Shown: positions 32,398 to 43,698 of the stretch, in pieces
Numbering within the stretch: the first letter of the stretch is position 1
Layout of the letters: each line of letters opens with the position of its first letter
Assembly: GCA_034530875.2 (NCBI GenBank)
Contig: JAVRCJ020000007.1
Coordinates: 64,001 to 128,000, forward strand
Direction: 5' to 3'
Length of the DNA stretch: 64,000 nucleotides
From: Nostoc sp. DedSLP01
GTDB taxonomy: Bacteria > Cyanobacteriota > Cyanobacteriia > Cyanobacteriales > Nostocaceae
Notes under the pieces: generated by a model
What the model was told of the DNA's origin: nothing
Databases searched by the model: none
What the model saw: the letters and a program-made list of their open reading frames with translations, nothing else
Program-made: the position numbers and the translations under genes

Positions 32398-33327
32398 TTA
32401 ATCACAAGCGTGGCTAGAGGGAAACGTTTTATTGTAATTTGGTACTGTACAAAAAGGTCGGCGAAGCAATTTTTTACTGATACTGGTTGAGTTTGCCTCA
32501 AATACTATCAAATGCAATACTTGTTCTAAGAAACGCCGTTTGTCAAAAATTCCTTGAATGAATACTTCTAACTCAGTTGCAGCCTTGGCAGGAAAGTCTT
32601 CACCATCGATGGTCTGCCAAGGTAAAAACTCTTGCAAGTCCGAGGTTAATGTACCGACTCGTGCCTGATTTTGGCAAGTAATAACTAGCAATGTATTGTA
32701 GAAAAACAGCTTCGGTATCTGTTGAAAGTAGGCTTCGATTCGCTCTTTACCTGCTTTGAAAGTTGCTTGTTCGTAACTTGAGTCGATTGAAACAATAACT
32801 GCTAAGGGTAAACCGTTGATAAAAACAACTACATCAGGACAATGAACGTGGTTTCCCTCAACTACAGTCAATGGGTGAATAACTAGCCAATCATTGTTTA
32901 GTAGATTATGTGGATCGACGAGCCACACCCGATCGCGAACGATTTCTTTATTGAAGAGGTATTCAAATTCAACACCATTGGTAAGAAGTTTGTGAAAGCG
33001 TTGATTGTTTTTCAGTAAGTCAGAATTCTGGAAGTCCCTAACTTGAGAGATAGCCGCAGCGATCGCTTGTTGTGGTTTTGTCGGGTTAATTTTTTGCAAA
33101 GCACTATGGAGGCGATCTTCCAAAATCACTTCTTTATAACTGCTGCGCCCTATCCGATACTTACCCAAAGCAATATCTGGCTCTAATAAAACCGTGTAGC
33201 CAATAACCTCGAACCAGGTAAGCAAAGATGGTATGTTCGCAAATTGTATAAAATGACAACTGGCGCGAAGTTTTTTTCTAACACGACTCGCCTTTACAGT
33301 TATTTGCCTGAGCTGCGCTGGATTCAT
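32398..33327 (-). CDS. Stand-alone HsdR N-terminal-domain protein
   Basis: YKEVILEDRL, FHKLLTNGV, PDVVVFINGLPL, GIFDKRRFL; no helicase motifs and no hsdM/S. Confidence 0.75.
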   Translation of the reverse strand: MNPAQLRQITVKASRVRKKLRASCHFIQFANIPSLLTWFEVIGYTVLLEPDIALGKYRIGRSSYKEVILEDRLHSALQKINPTKPQQAIAAAISQVRDFQNSDLLKNNQRFHKLLTNGVEFEYLFNKEIVRDRVWLVDPHNLLNNDWLVIHPLTVVEGNHVHCPDVVVFINGLPLAVIVSIDSSYEQATFKAGKERIEAYFQQIPKLFFYNTLLVITCQNQARVGTLTSDLQEFLPWQTIDGEDFPAKAATELEVFIQGIFDKRRFLEQVLHLIVFEANSTSISKKLLRRPFCTVPNYNKTFPSSHACD

Positions 33328-33564
33328 GAGAATATAAGACTTGATTTTGAGTCAATGCACAAGCTCGCGCCTAGCTTGCTGACATTGGTTGGTATATTTG
33401 AAGATGACGTATACGGCTTGATACTAACTATCAAAGCTAAAATTGTTCTAGAATATTGTATCTACTGCTACATATTACCAATATTTTTGGTAATAATTCT
33501 ATTTCTGGCTAATCGACGACTCAGTGGCTAGATATAGAAGAACAGTTGTTATATCTGGCTGAAT

Positions 33565-34875
33565 TTAATATTTAACTTTTGTCTCCTGCTCTAAAAACAG
33601 GTTGCCAATATCAAACAAAAGCTGCATAGTACCTCGATAGCCAACTTTGGTAAACTGATTGGCATCTAAACGGTCAAAAATGGGAATACCTTGACGGTAG
33701 AGAGGAATTTTTAAACGTTGAGCGATCGCAACTGCATGAGAATTAGTTATGAGTAAATCAGAACCAACAGCCAGTTGCTCAAAGTCTTCTAAATCACCAA
33801 TAGTAACACTAGGAATCGGCAGTTTTTCTAATACAGGAGAACGCGTTGTCGTCACTGCCGCGTGAATTTGCACTCCCAGCGATTGCAAGAAATAAACTAT
33901 TAACCAAAGTAAATCTGGTTCCAATGCTAAAGCAACTCGCTTGGAACCAAAATAAAAATGATTCTCTAACATCAAATATTGCAACTGACGGCGCTGCTGG
34001 CGATATTTCTCTGCTACGCTAACACCACTGATATCCGCCAATGCTTGCAAGAATTTATCTACTGCTATTAGTCCCGTGAGTTCGCCAAACACCTCATAAG
34101 GGATGTTGAATCTCTTTTCTAAAATTTGTGCAGCACCGCGCATACTTTCACCTAATGCCAAAGTGAACGCAGAACTAGCAATTGAGCGCAACTGTTCTAA
34201 AGTCGTGCCATTTGCTGTCATGACACCAGAAGAATCTTCTATGCGAGCATCTAGAACGCCAGAAAGGTCAGGTACAACAATTGGTACAAGTCCAAAGGAG
34301 GTAACAATCTCTTTAATTTCTCGTACATCCCCAGGAGTGAAAGCAGAACTCACCAAAATTGTGATTTGTGTTGGGCAAGCCTTTTGCTTTGAGCATTTTT
34401 CGGGAATTTCCTTAACTATACTCTCGACTGCACTAGCAAACCCATCCTGCAATGTACCCTTAAAATCTGGTGTAGAGACAAGCACAATTGGTAAATAATC
34501 TAATTCTGGATGGCGGTGGCGAATCTCCTTGACAAAGCGTTCCATGTCATCACCTCTAGTTTCCACAAGTCCAGTAGTACAAAGACCGATAATTTCCGGT
34601 TTTGATTTCTTTACCAACGTGAGAATTGCTTGTTCGACTCTCTCCTCACCACCCAAAATCGTTGCAACTTCCGTCATCGCGGTAGTAGAAAGAGGAATCG
34701 TCTGACGAAAATGTTGTACTAACACTGTCTTTGTCAAAGCTGTGCAACCTTGAGAACCGTGTAATAAAGGCATCATTCCCTTCACTCCCAAAAAAGCCAA
34801 GGTTGCACCTATAGCTTGACTTTGCTTGAGAGGATTAACTGCTACTGATGTACTTGTAATGCTAACAATTGCCAT
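33565..34875 (-). CDS. nifN: NifN paralogue
   Basis: VNPLKQSQ, LHGSQGCT, TTAMTE, TPDFKG, GDLED, PIFDR; ATG overlaps the nifE stop (TAATG). Confidence 0.88.
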   Translation of the reverse strand: MAIVSITSTSVAVNPLKQSQAIGATLAFLGVKGMMPLLHGSQGCTALTKTVLVQHFRQTIPLSTTAMTEVATILGGEERVEQAILTLVKKSKPEIIGLCTTGLVETRGDDMERFVKEIRHRHPELDYLPIVLVSTPDFKGTLQDGFASAVESIVKEIPEKCSKQKACPTQITILVSSAFTPGDVREIKEIVTSFGLVPIVVPDLSGVLDARIEDSSGVMTANGTTLEQLRSIASSAFTLALGESMRGAAQILEKRFNIPYEVFGELTGLIAVDKFLQALADISGVSVAEKYRQQRRQLQYLMLENHFYFGSKRVALALEPDLLWLIVYFLQSLGVQIHAAVTTTRSPVLEKLPIPSVTIGDLEDFEQLAVGSDLLITNSHAVAIAQRLKIPLYRQGIPIFDRLDANQFTKVGYRGTMQLLFDIGNLFLEQETKVKY

Positions 34876-36275
34876 TAGATTTCCTCCAATGAAGTAGGGG
34901 ATGAGGCAGAATTTTCTATTTCCCACGGAGCAGTCTGGCGTACTTGCTCCCAGACAGGATTATAAAAAGTGACATATAATTCTCGCGCCAATTCCAATAT
35001 TCCTGTATAACCTGTATAGGCGCGATCGCCTTGTCTATTAATATCTAAGAACGGAATCTTAGCTATTAGAGCAGTGTCTAGATATCGGCTATCAGTAATT
35101 AAAATATCAGCTTGATTATTGTTGATTACCTGCAAGATTTCTTGAGGAGCGTCTGATTCTAAAACTATGGTATCTCGACCTAGCAAACTTTTAAGTCTAA
35201 CTAATTCGTCTTCATTATTACTCTTAGTACAGATAGCAATCACTTCCATCCCTAGTTTTTGGGCTGCAAAGATAATCAACCAACTTTTGAAATTTTTAAG
35301 AGAAAGAACAATGCGTTTTCCTTGCAATCGAGTACCATAATGAGTGAGTTTTGATTCTAAAGCACTAGTTTCTTCTGCAATTAACTTTTCGGTACGTTCT
35401 ACTAAATCAGTATCTCCCAACTTGGTAGCAATATTTCTTAAACACTGATTAATTTGTTCTATACCATAAATAGATTCTTCAATATATGGAATACCATAGA
35501 CTTTCTCCATTTTTTCCGCTACATTAATTAACGCTTTTGAAGACAATACAACGTTAAGCTTGGCATGATGAGCGTAGCAAACTTCTTTATAAAGAGCATC
35601 ACCTGTAATTTTTGATAAAACTCGGATACCTAATTTCTCTAACAAAGGTAGAAAGTTCCATATTGCACCTGCGATATTGTACTCACCAATCAGGTTAATA
35701 TCTAATGGTGTAGTAACATCTGGTTGGGCTGTTCCAATAACGTGTTCTAGTAAAGCTTCGCCAGCAACCCGGTTCCCCAAATTTTGACTGCCAATAAATC
35801 CAGGACAATGTACGGGAATAGTTGGTACTCCTGTTTTTTCAGTAATATTATTGCATATTCCTTCTATATCATCACCAATTAAAGCAGTAATACAGGTAGA
35901 GTAGACAAATACTGCACTTGGTTTGTAGCGTCTTTGTAATTCTAGAATGCCTTTGTACAGCTTTTTCGCTCCACCGAAGATAATATCGCTCTCATCTATG
36001 TCAGTAGTAAACCGTATTTTATAGAGCATCGAACCAGAAGAAAGACTGGTGTAATTTCCCCAAATACTAGCAGCACAGCCACTCGGTCCGTGGACTACAT
36101 GAGCAGCATCAGTAATTGGCACTAAAGTAATCATTGCACTATCAAAAGCACAACTTCCTTGAGCAGTTCCAGGCTGGGGTAATTGTGTAGAAGGCTTTTT
36201 TTTCTGGCGTTGCTGTTGGTTTTCGCCCTTTGATTCACTGAACGAATCATTGATTTTTTTAGGTTGAGAGTTCAT
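34875..36275 (-). CDS. nifE: Divergent NifE paralogue
   Basis: PGTAQGSCAFD, HGPSGC, YSTCITALIGDD, INLIGEYNIAG, NPVWEQVR. Confidence 0.88.
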   Translation of the reverse strand: MNSQPKKINDSFSESKGENQQQRQKKKPSTQLPQPGTAQGSCAFDSAMITLVPITDAAHVVHGPSGCAASIWGNYTSLSSGSMLYKIRFTTDIDESDIIFGGAKKLYKGILELQRRYKPSAVFVYSTCITALIGDDIEGICNNITEKTGVPTIPVHCPGFIGSQNLGNRVAGEALLEHVIGTAQPDVTTPLDINLIGEYNIAGAIWNFLPLLEKLGIRVLSKITGDALYKEVCYAHHAKLNVVLSSKALINVAEKMEKVYGIPYIEESIYGIEQINQCLRNIATKLGDTDLVERTEKLIAEETSALESKLTHYGTRLQGKRIVLSLKNFKSWLIIFAAQKLGMEVIAICTKSNNEDELVRLKSLLGRDTIVLESDAPQEILQVINNNQADILITDSRYLDTALIAKIPFLDINRQGDRAYTGYTGILELARELYVTFYNPVWEQVRQTAPWEIENSASSPTSLEEI

Positions 36276-36380
36276 TTTTTTAGGGAAAAGAGGTAGGAGT
36301 TATGATGTGGTAGCTAAATTGACAAAAATTGAGCAAGAATTTTATTTACTCGACGATATATTTCTAGCATCAAAGAAAAA

Positions 36381-36544
36381 GGAATGAGAAAGAGAATTTC
36401 TCATTCCCTAAACAATGACCAACCAATTAATAGAAGGAGTAAACAAAAAACAACAACAGCGGTTTGACCGCGTAAATATTAACAGATTAATTTCTCTTAG
36501 GAGAACTTGAAGAATTCACAAGCCGTAATTGGGATTAATCTGTT
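36381..36544. other. Two hairpins in the nifH-nifE spacer
   Basis: GGAATGAGAAA/TTTCTCATTCC (36381-36408); AACAGATTAAT/ATTAATCTGTT (36481-36544). Confidence 0.5.
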
Positions 36545-36686
36545 ATTTGGAGAAAATTCTACTGATTTGATTGAACTTCCAGATAGTTTTAATGGTGAGG
36601 GAAAGTGAGCTAATTGCCCCCTTAATTGTTTCCGTTCCTTAGCGAGTTCTGCTATTTCTTAAGCAATCACAAAAGTCTGGCTTTTT

Positions 36687-37715
<1,029 letters not shown>

Positions 37716-38093
37716 TTACAGATGTAACCTCCTTGAGAACGTCGTTGTCGGCGTTGTACGCACCGGCGGCGATGCCTACGGCGGGCTGCGCCAACGCTCT
37801 ACAGCAAAAACATCTACTATTGAATACATACGAGGCGTTGTAAAATATTTGGTTTGTTCTAATTAACGATAAGATTGCATCAAATGTACGGTTTGAGATG
37901 ATGCGTCACGGTACATTTGAAATCACAAAAAGTTGAGATATACTTCTTGTTGAATCTTCGATGGATATTGCAAGTATTTCCAGACTCTCAGTTATAAAGC
38001 GATCGCAACAGGAATTTAAATTTAGGCAGAGTTTTTCCCGAAACCACACAACCAATTTGACAAAAGCAATTGACTCTAAACAGTTGCTACCAC

Positions 38094-38303
38094 TTACCCA
38101 ATTTTGCTGATATCGTAGCCTTGACAGCCAAGTGCCTTTGCTAGGCGGAGTGTTATGGTCACTGAGGGAGCGTATTGTCCCGACTCTACACCACTAGTCG
38201 TTTGACGAGTTACACTAGCTAGGTTTCCCAAATCCTGTTGGCTCATACCTAAGCAGGTTCTAATTGACTTCAAGTTGCTACGGAGATCGTTATCCTGCTT
38301 CAT
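38094..38303 (-). pseudogene. XRE HTH, truncated (VnfR-like N-terminus)
   Basis: LKSIRT.LGMSQQDL...VTRQT...ESGQYAPS...LAKALGCQ then unrelated tail and stop. Confidence 0.6.
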
Positions 38304-38787
38304 TGGCTTGAGCTATTTTCAGTTTCAAAAAGCCGAGCGCGGATTTAACTTGTATCTACCAAGGCGAAAGTATATTTACATCATTTGTCTTAGACAAGAT
38401 AATTGTGCTTTCGCTGTTTTGATTCCCTCTATTCAAAGAATATCATACAATTTGCAATTTTCCTTGCGAAGCGCAATTTTTTTTGCTGGAGATTATTTTT
38501 TAGCTGATAGTTATGGCTCAGAACTCGCCAATCATCGATAACAAAGGATTTTTCTGCTATTCGATTATTACCAACTTTTATGGTAAAAAGTGGTTCGCAA
38601 TACAGTTTTGCAAATTCATTTGGGTTTTAATGTTTAAGGGGCGACAATCAGCGCAAAACTAAACCAGATAAAGGTTTTGCAGGCACATACTCCTTGAAAA
38701 AATTAGGTGCTTAATATAGCGATCGCACTGATGTTTGGAGTCGAAGCCGTTGACCTTCGTACACATGTAATTGCTGGTTATTCAGAC

Positions 38788-38967
38788 AAAAAACCCACAG
38801 GCAAAGAACTTACCGAAGAACAAAAACAATCCTATCGCAAAAAAGTAGCGATGTCTTTGACAACTTCTTCGGGGAACGCGTTAAATGTGAAAACTCACGC
38901 TGGCAAGCTAAATTGCAACTCTGTTTTGGGCAAAGGTACAGAGTTGATGATTGCAATTTCAGCGTGA
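38788..38967 (+). pseudogene. Chimeric remnant: transposase fragment plus His-kinase C-terminus
   Basis: KKPTGKELTEEQKQ (DDE transposase-like); HAGKLNCNSVLGKGTELMI (HATPase end). Confidence 0.5.
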
Positions 38968-38984
38968 GTATTAAATCTGTGTTG

Positions 38985-41111
38985 TTAAATTAGACGGCGT
39001 AAGACTACAATTGAGCGCTCTGTAACTGGTACAGTTTGCTCGCCGATAATAAACTTTCCTGGGCTAATAAACCGAGGTTCGTCAGTGTTAATCACCATTT
39101 CCCATTCTCTATCCTTGAAAACATTGGGTAATGTAAACTCAATCATCTCGTAATGAGCGTTAAAAAATAGCAGAAAACTTTCATCAATAATACGTTCGCC
39201 ACGGGGGCCTGGAGTAACAATCCCCTCGCCATTCAAGAAGATTTGCATTACTTTGGCATAACTAACTAGCCACTGCTTTTCAGTCATCTTACTACCATCG
39301 GCATTGAACCAACCGATATCGCTGATGCCAAAACCGTGAATCGGCCGACCTTGAAACCACTTACGCCTTCTAAATACTGGATGTTGATGGCGGAAATAGA
39401 TAAGTTCCCGAGTAAAGTCTAAAAGTTCCGCATTTGACTTTTGTAAACCCCAGTCACGCCAAGAAATTTCATTGTCTTGGCAATATACATTATTGTTGCC
39501 CTTCTGAGTACAGCCAATTTCGTCCCCTCCTAGCAACATGGGAACACCTTGAGAGAGCATGAGAGTTGCTAAAAAGTTTCGTTGCTGGCGCGATCGCAAT
39601 TTTATCACCTCTAAGTCATCAGTTTCCCCTTCAACACCGCAATTCCAAGATCTGTTGTGGCTTTCTCCATCTCGGTTATCTTCTCCATTAGCCTCGTTAT
39701 GCTTTTGGTTGTAACTGACCAAATCGTTGAGGGTAAAGCCATCGTGAGCAGTAATAAAATTAATACTTGCATGGGGATTGCGTCCGTTTGTTTGATACAG
39801 ATCGGGACTGCCAGTAAAACAGTAAGCAAATTGTCCGAGACTATCATCTTCACCACGCCAAAAATCTCGCACAGTATCCCGATATCTGCCATTCCATTCA
39901 GACCAGCGTAAGGGAAAATTACCTACCTGATAGCCTCCCTCTCCCAAGTCCCAAGGTTCAGCAATTAGCTTAACATCAGCTAATATTGGGTCTTGATGAA
40001 TAATATCAAAGAAAGCTGCTAGATTATCAACCTCATATAGTTCTCGTGCTAATGCTGAAGCTAAATCAAAGCGAAAGCCATCAACATGCATTTCTGTTAC
40101 CCAATAGCGTAGGCTATCCATGATTAATTTGAGAACTTGGGCATGACTCACGTTAAGAGAATTACCGCAGCCTGTAAAATCCATGTAGTACCGCGGATCG
40201 TCCTTGACCAAGCGGTAGTACACGCTATTGTCAATGCCTCGCAGTGACAGTGTAGGGCCTAAATGATTGCCTTCACCAGTATGGTTGTAGACTACATCTA
40301 AAATCACCTCAATTCCAGCAAAGTGCAAAGCTTTGACCATCTGCTTGAACTCAGTGACTTGTTGACCTAGAGTTCCACTAGCACTATAACCAGAGTGGGG
40401 TGTGAAATAATTGATGGAATCGTAGCCCCAATAGTTTTTCAGTCCTTTATCTACTAAAAATCCCGGACGAGATAAAAACTGATGTACGGGCATCAATTCT
40501 ACGGCTGTGATTCCTAGTTGTTGAAGATATTGAATTGCAGCCGGATGTGCCAGTCCAGCATAAGTACCGCGTAATTGTTCTGGAATTTCTGGGTGTAATT
40601 TAGTAAAACCTTTAACATGAGTTTCGTAAATAATGGTTTCGTGCCACGGTCTATTCAGTAATTTGTCATCTCCCCAATCAAAAGATTCATCGATCACAAT
40701 ACACTTCGGCACTATTGGGGCGCTATCTAGATCGGAAAAAGCTAGGTCTTGTTCGGGAGCATCTAAACAATAGCCAAAGATAGCTGAGGTATCATTAATT
40801 TCACCATCAATTGCTTTGGCATAAGGATCTATTAGTAATTTATTAGGGTTAAAGCGATGACCCACTTCTGGCGCCCAAGGCCCGTGTACTCTAAATCCAT
40901 AACGTTGTCCGGGGCCTACTCCTGGTAGATAAGCGTGCCAAACAAAATTGTTCTTTTCTGTCAGAGGTAAGCGGATCTCATTACCGTCAGCATCAAATAA
41001 ACAAAGTTCTACACCGGTTGCATTCTCTGAAAATAAAGCAAAGTTTGTGCCTTGCCCATCCCAAGTAGCACCTAAAGGATATACGTTCCCTGGCCATACA
41101 GGTAAATACAT
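38985..41111 (-). CDS. glgX: Glycogen debranching enzyme (isoamylase)
   Basis: [41 protein letters not shown]. Confidence 0.97.
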   Translation of the reverse strand: MYLPVWPGNVYPLGATWDGQGTNFALFSENATGVELCLFDADGNEIRLPLTEKNNFVWHAYLPGVGPGQRYGFRVHGPWAPEVGHRFNPNKLLIDPYAKAIDGEINDTSAIFGYCLDAPEQDLAFSDLDSAPIVPKCIVIDESFDWGDDKLLNRPWHETIIYETHVKGFTKLHPEIPEQLRGTYAGLAHPAAIQYLQQLGITAVELMPVHQFLSRPGFLVDKGLKNYWGYDSINYFTPHSGYSASGTLGQQVTEFKQMVKALHFAGIEVILDVVYNHTGEGNHLGPTLSLRGIDNSVYYRLVKDDPRYYMDFTGCGNSLNVSHAQVLKLIMDSLRYWVTEMHVDGFRFDLASALARELYEVDNLAAFFDIIHQDPILADVKLIAEPWDLGEGGYQVGNFPLRWSEWNGRYRDTVRDFWRGEDDSLGQFAYCFTGSPDLYQTNGRNPHASINFITAHDGFTLNDLVSYNQKHNEANGEDNRDGESHNRSWNCGVEGETDDLEVIKLRSRQQRNFLATLMLSQGVPMLLGGDEIGCTQKGNNNVYCQDNEISWRDWGLQKSNAELLDFTRELIYFRHQHPVFRRRKWFQGRPIHGFGISDIGWFNADGSKMTEKQWLVSYAKVMQIFLNGEGIVTPGPRGERIIDESFLLFFNAHYEMIEFTLPNVFKDREWEMVINTDEPRFISPGKFIIGEQTVPVTERSIVVLRRLI

Positions 41112-41499
41112 AAGTAAAATTCCAATAACTAATTTTTGCTTCTAAATAACATTCAAGGTGTTACAAGTAAATAATTTAAGTAAATACATTGGCACATCAA
41201 GTCGAAACAAGCACTTAAAAACTCCCTATCTACAAAGTTAATAAATTGTTTAAAAAGTTTATCAATCGCAGCTTTTAAACTTAATAATCTGACTTGGATA
41301 CCAGATGAATACATCCACCATAGTGATTAAAAGTAACTCCCTCATTGTAGAGATTTACTTAAAATATCTTTTGTGTAATAGGTTATTTATATAGTAAAAA
41401 TAAAATTACTGGTTTTTACCTTCTGCCTTGGAGCCTTCTGCCTTATACTTAGCTTGGAGAATGGATTCCCAGAGGGTAATTGAAAGGATTAATTTAGCA

Positions 41500-43443
41500 T
41501 TATTGCAATTCTGTGATGGAAAATAGTCGTTGTCTGTCTATTTGCTGAAGCTTGAGTTTTTCGGTGTAAAAAGCCTGATAATAAGATTGATACTTTTCTG
41601 GTTCGGCTTCAGGATCGGTTTGCTGCCATAGTTCTAAAAAGTGACGATAGCGTTTTTCTAACATGACCAAATCCATGCAAGCGATCGCAGCTTGAACTAC
41701 CTGCGGAGTTCGCAGTATTTCTTTTTTAGTTTTCTCGTTCAAATGAAACAGATGCGATACTATTGTCAAGTCTTCTGATAATTCTAAATATCGATTTTGC
41801 AAAGTTGAAATTAAATCTATTTCTTCCACCGCTGTTTCTAAAATCTGCCGCCACAAAAATCTATGATGGGAAAGGCTAAATTGCAAATCTCGTTCTTCTA
41901 GTTCGTCAAGAATTGCTTGACGTTGTTCGGGGCAATGCAAGTAAATTCGCAGTAATAAAGCTTCTGCGTGTTCTAAAAGACTGCGTTCGTTAGGCAGTGT
42001 AGAGACGCGATTCATCGCGTCTGTAGAGAATGGGGAAAATTTAGCATCTCCCCATGCTTTTTTTGCTGATATAGGTTTAGAATATGTAGGCGCAGGGGGA
42101 GCAATTTGAGTTAATAAATTTTCAACTCGTAGGGGTATAAGTCTGGTATCCCCCAAACTCAGAATTTCTGCACAATAAGAAACATAATAATTCCGCGTAT
42201 CGCTATTAGCTATATTTTTCAGTAATTTAACTATTTGCTGAGTTACTTGTTGAAAATCGGTAGCCTGTTTTAAGTCGCGGTCTTTAATAATTTGTTGAAT
42301 TTGCCAGTCTAGCCAAAGAGGGGCATTTTCTAATAGTTGAATATAATCTTCTGGAGTTCGTTCGCGCAAATATTCATCAGCATCTTTACCATTAGGTAAA
42401 TTCAGAATTTTTAACTGAACTTCTCCTTTATATGCTAATTCGGCAATTTCACCGATCGCTCTTTCAGTTGCATTGGTTCCGGCTTTATCGGCATCAAAGT
42501 TGAGGATTAATTGTTTCGATTCGGTGTAACGTAATATTAGCCGCACTTGGTCTAAGCTTAAGGCTGTACCAAGAGAAGCAACGGCGTTATTAATCCCAGC
42601 GGCGTGGAGGGCGATCGCATCAAAATATCCCTCTACTACCACGGCTTTATCGAGTTGGGAAATCCCGGTTTTGGCTCGATCGAGGGCAAATAATGTTTTA
42701 CCTTTACTAAAAAGTTCGGTTTCCGGTGAATTGAGATATTTAGGTTGTTCGTCAGTCAGGGTTCTACCGCCAAAAGCAATGACGCGTCCTTGCACATCGC
42801 GGATGGGAATCATGAGGCGATCGCGGAAGACATCATAATAACCGCCGCCTTCTTTGCGCGGTTTAATTAATCCGGCTTTTTCCACCAGTTGCACTGGATA
42901 ATGTTTGTCTTCCACCAAATAGCGATAGAGAGTTTCCCAACTGGCGGGGGCGTAACCTAAACCAAACTGCTGTATTGTTTCTTCTTGAAATTTGCGATCG
43001 TTTCGTAAATATTGAAGTGCCTTTTGTCCTTGGGATTGTCTCAAGGCATGTTGATAAAACTGGGCGCAGGAAGCCAGAACTTCATATAATTGTTCGCGCA
43101 AAGACAGATGGCGCTGTAATTCTTGACGTTGTTCTGGTTCTAGGGTTTGTACGGGTATTTGATAGCGCCGTGCTAAATCCAGCACTACCTCAGCAAAAGA
43201 ACGTTTTCCCACCTCCATGACAAATTTGATGGCATTTCCCCCGGCTTGACAGCCGAAGCAATAATACATTTGCTTTGTCTGGCTGACAGTGAAACTGGGA
43301 GATTTTTCGTCGTGGAAGGGACACAACCCGACAAAATCCTTCCCGCGTTTGCGTAAGACTACATACTCCGATACCACATCAACAATATCAGCCCGGAGTT
43401 TAACTTCTTCAATTGTGTCTGGGTGCAAGCGTGGGATTTGCAT
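41500..43443 (-). CDS. dnaG: DNA primase
   Basis: CPFHDEKSPSF...CFGC, FGGR, KYLNSPET, VVEGYFD, FDADKAG, KDADE. Confidence 0.97.
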   Translation of the reverse strand: MQIPRLHPDTIEEVKLRADIVDVVSEYVVLRKRGKDFVGLCPFHDEKSPSFTVSQTKQMYYCFGCQAGGNAIKFVMEVGKRSFAEVVLDLARRYQIPVQTLEPEQRQELQRHLSLREQLYEVLASCAQFYQHALRQSQGQKALQYLRNDRKFQEETIQQFGLGYAPASWETLYRYLVEDKHYPVQLVEKAGLIKPRKEGGGYYDVFRDRLMIPIRDVQGRVIAFGGRTLTDEQPKYLNSPETELFSKGKTLFALDRAKTGISQLDKAVVVEGYFDAIALHAAGINNAVASLGTALSLDQVRLILRYTESKQLILNFDADKAGTNATERAIGEIAELAYKGEVQLKILNLPNGKDADEYLRERTPEDYIQLLENAPLWLDWQIQQIIKDRDLKQATDFQQVTQQIVKLLKNIANSDTRNYYVSYCAEILSLGDTRLIPLRVENLLTQIAPPAPTYSKPISAKKAWGDAKFSPFSTDAMNRVSTLPNERSLLEHAEALLLRIYLHCPEQRQAILDELEERDLQFSLSHHRFLWRQILETAVEEIDLISTLQNRYLELSEDLTIVSHLFHLNEKTKKEILRTPQVVQAAIACMDLVMLEKRYRHFLELWQQTDPEAEPEKYQSYYQAFYTEKLKLQQIDRQRLFSITELQ

Positions 43444-43447
43444 AGGA

Positions 43448-43563
43448 TTGGGCATGGGGCATGGGGCATTGGGCATTGGGCATTGGGAAAGAGGCAGGGG
43501 GCAAGGGGGAGAATTAAAAATTACCTCTTTTCTCCCACTCCCCACTCCCTACTCCCTACTCCC
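43448..43563. repeat. Heptamer tandem repeats upstream of dnaG
   Basis: (TKGGGCA)n and (CCCACTC/CCTACTC)n. Confidence 0.75.
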
Positions 43564-43698
43564 TTCTCATATCAAGTTTAGAGAAATAACAAAGGACAAA
43601 TGACTTTGGACTTCTGATAGCTATTATATTGTTGTTGCGAAGCCACCTATTATTTCTAGAATTGCTTACGCTTAATTTTATCAGAGGAAATACTGAAG

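Noticed and set aside
43444..43545. N-terminal extension of DnaG
   Set aside because: Translation of heptamer repeats; the MQIPRLHPDT start at 43443 is preferred
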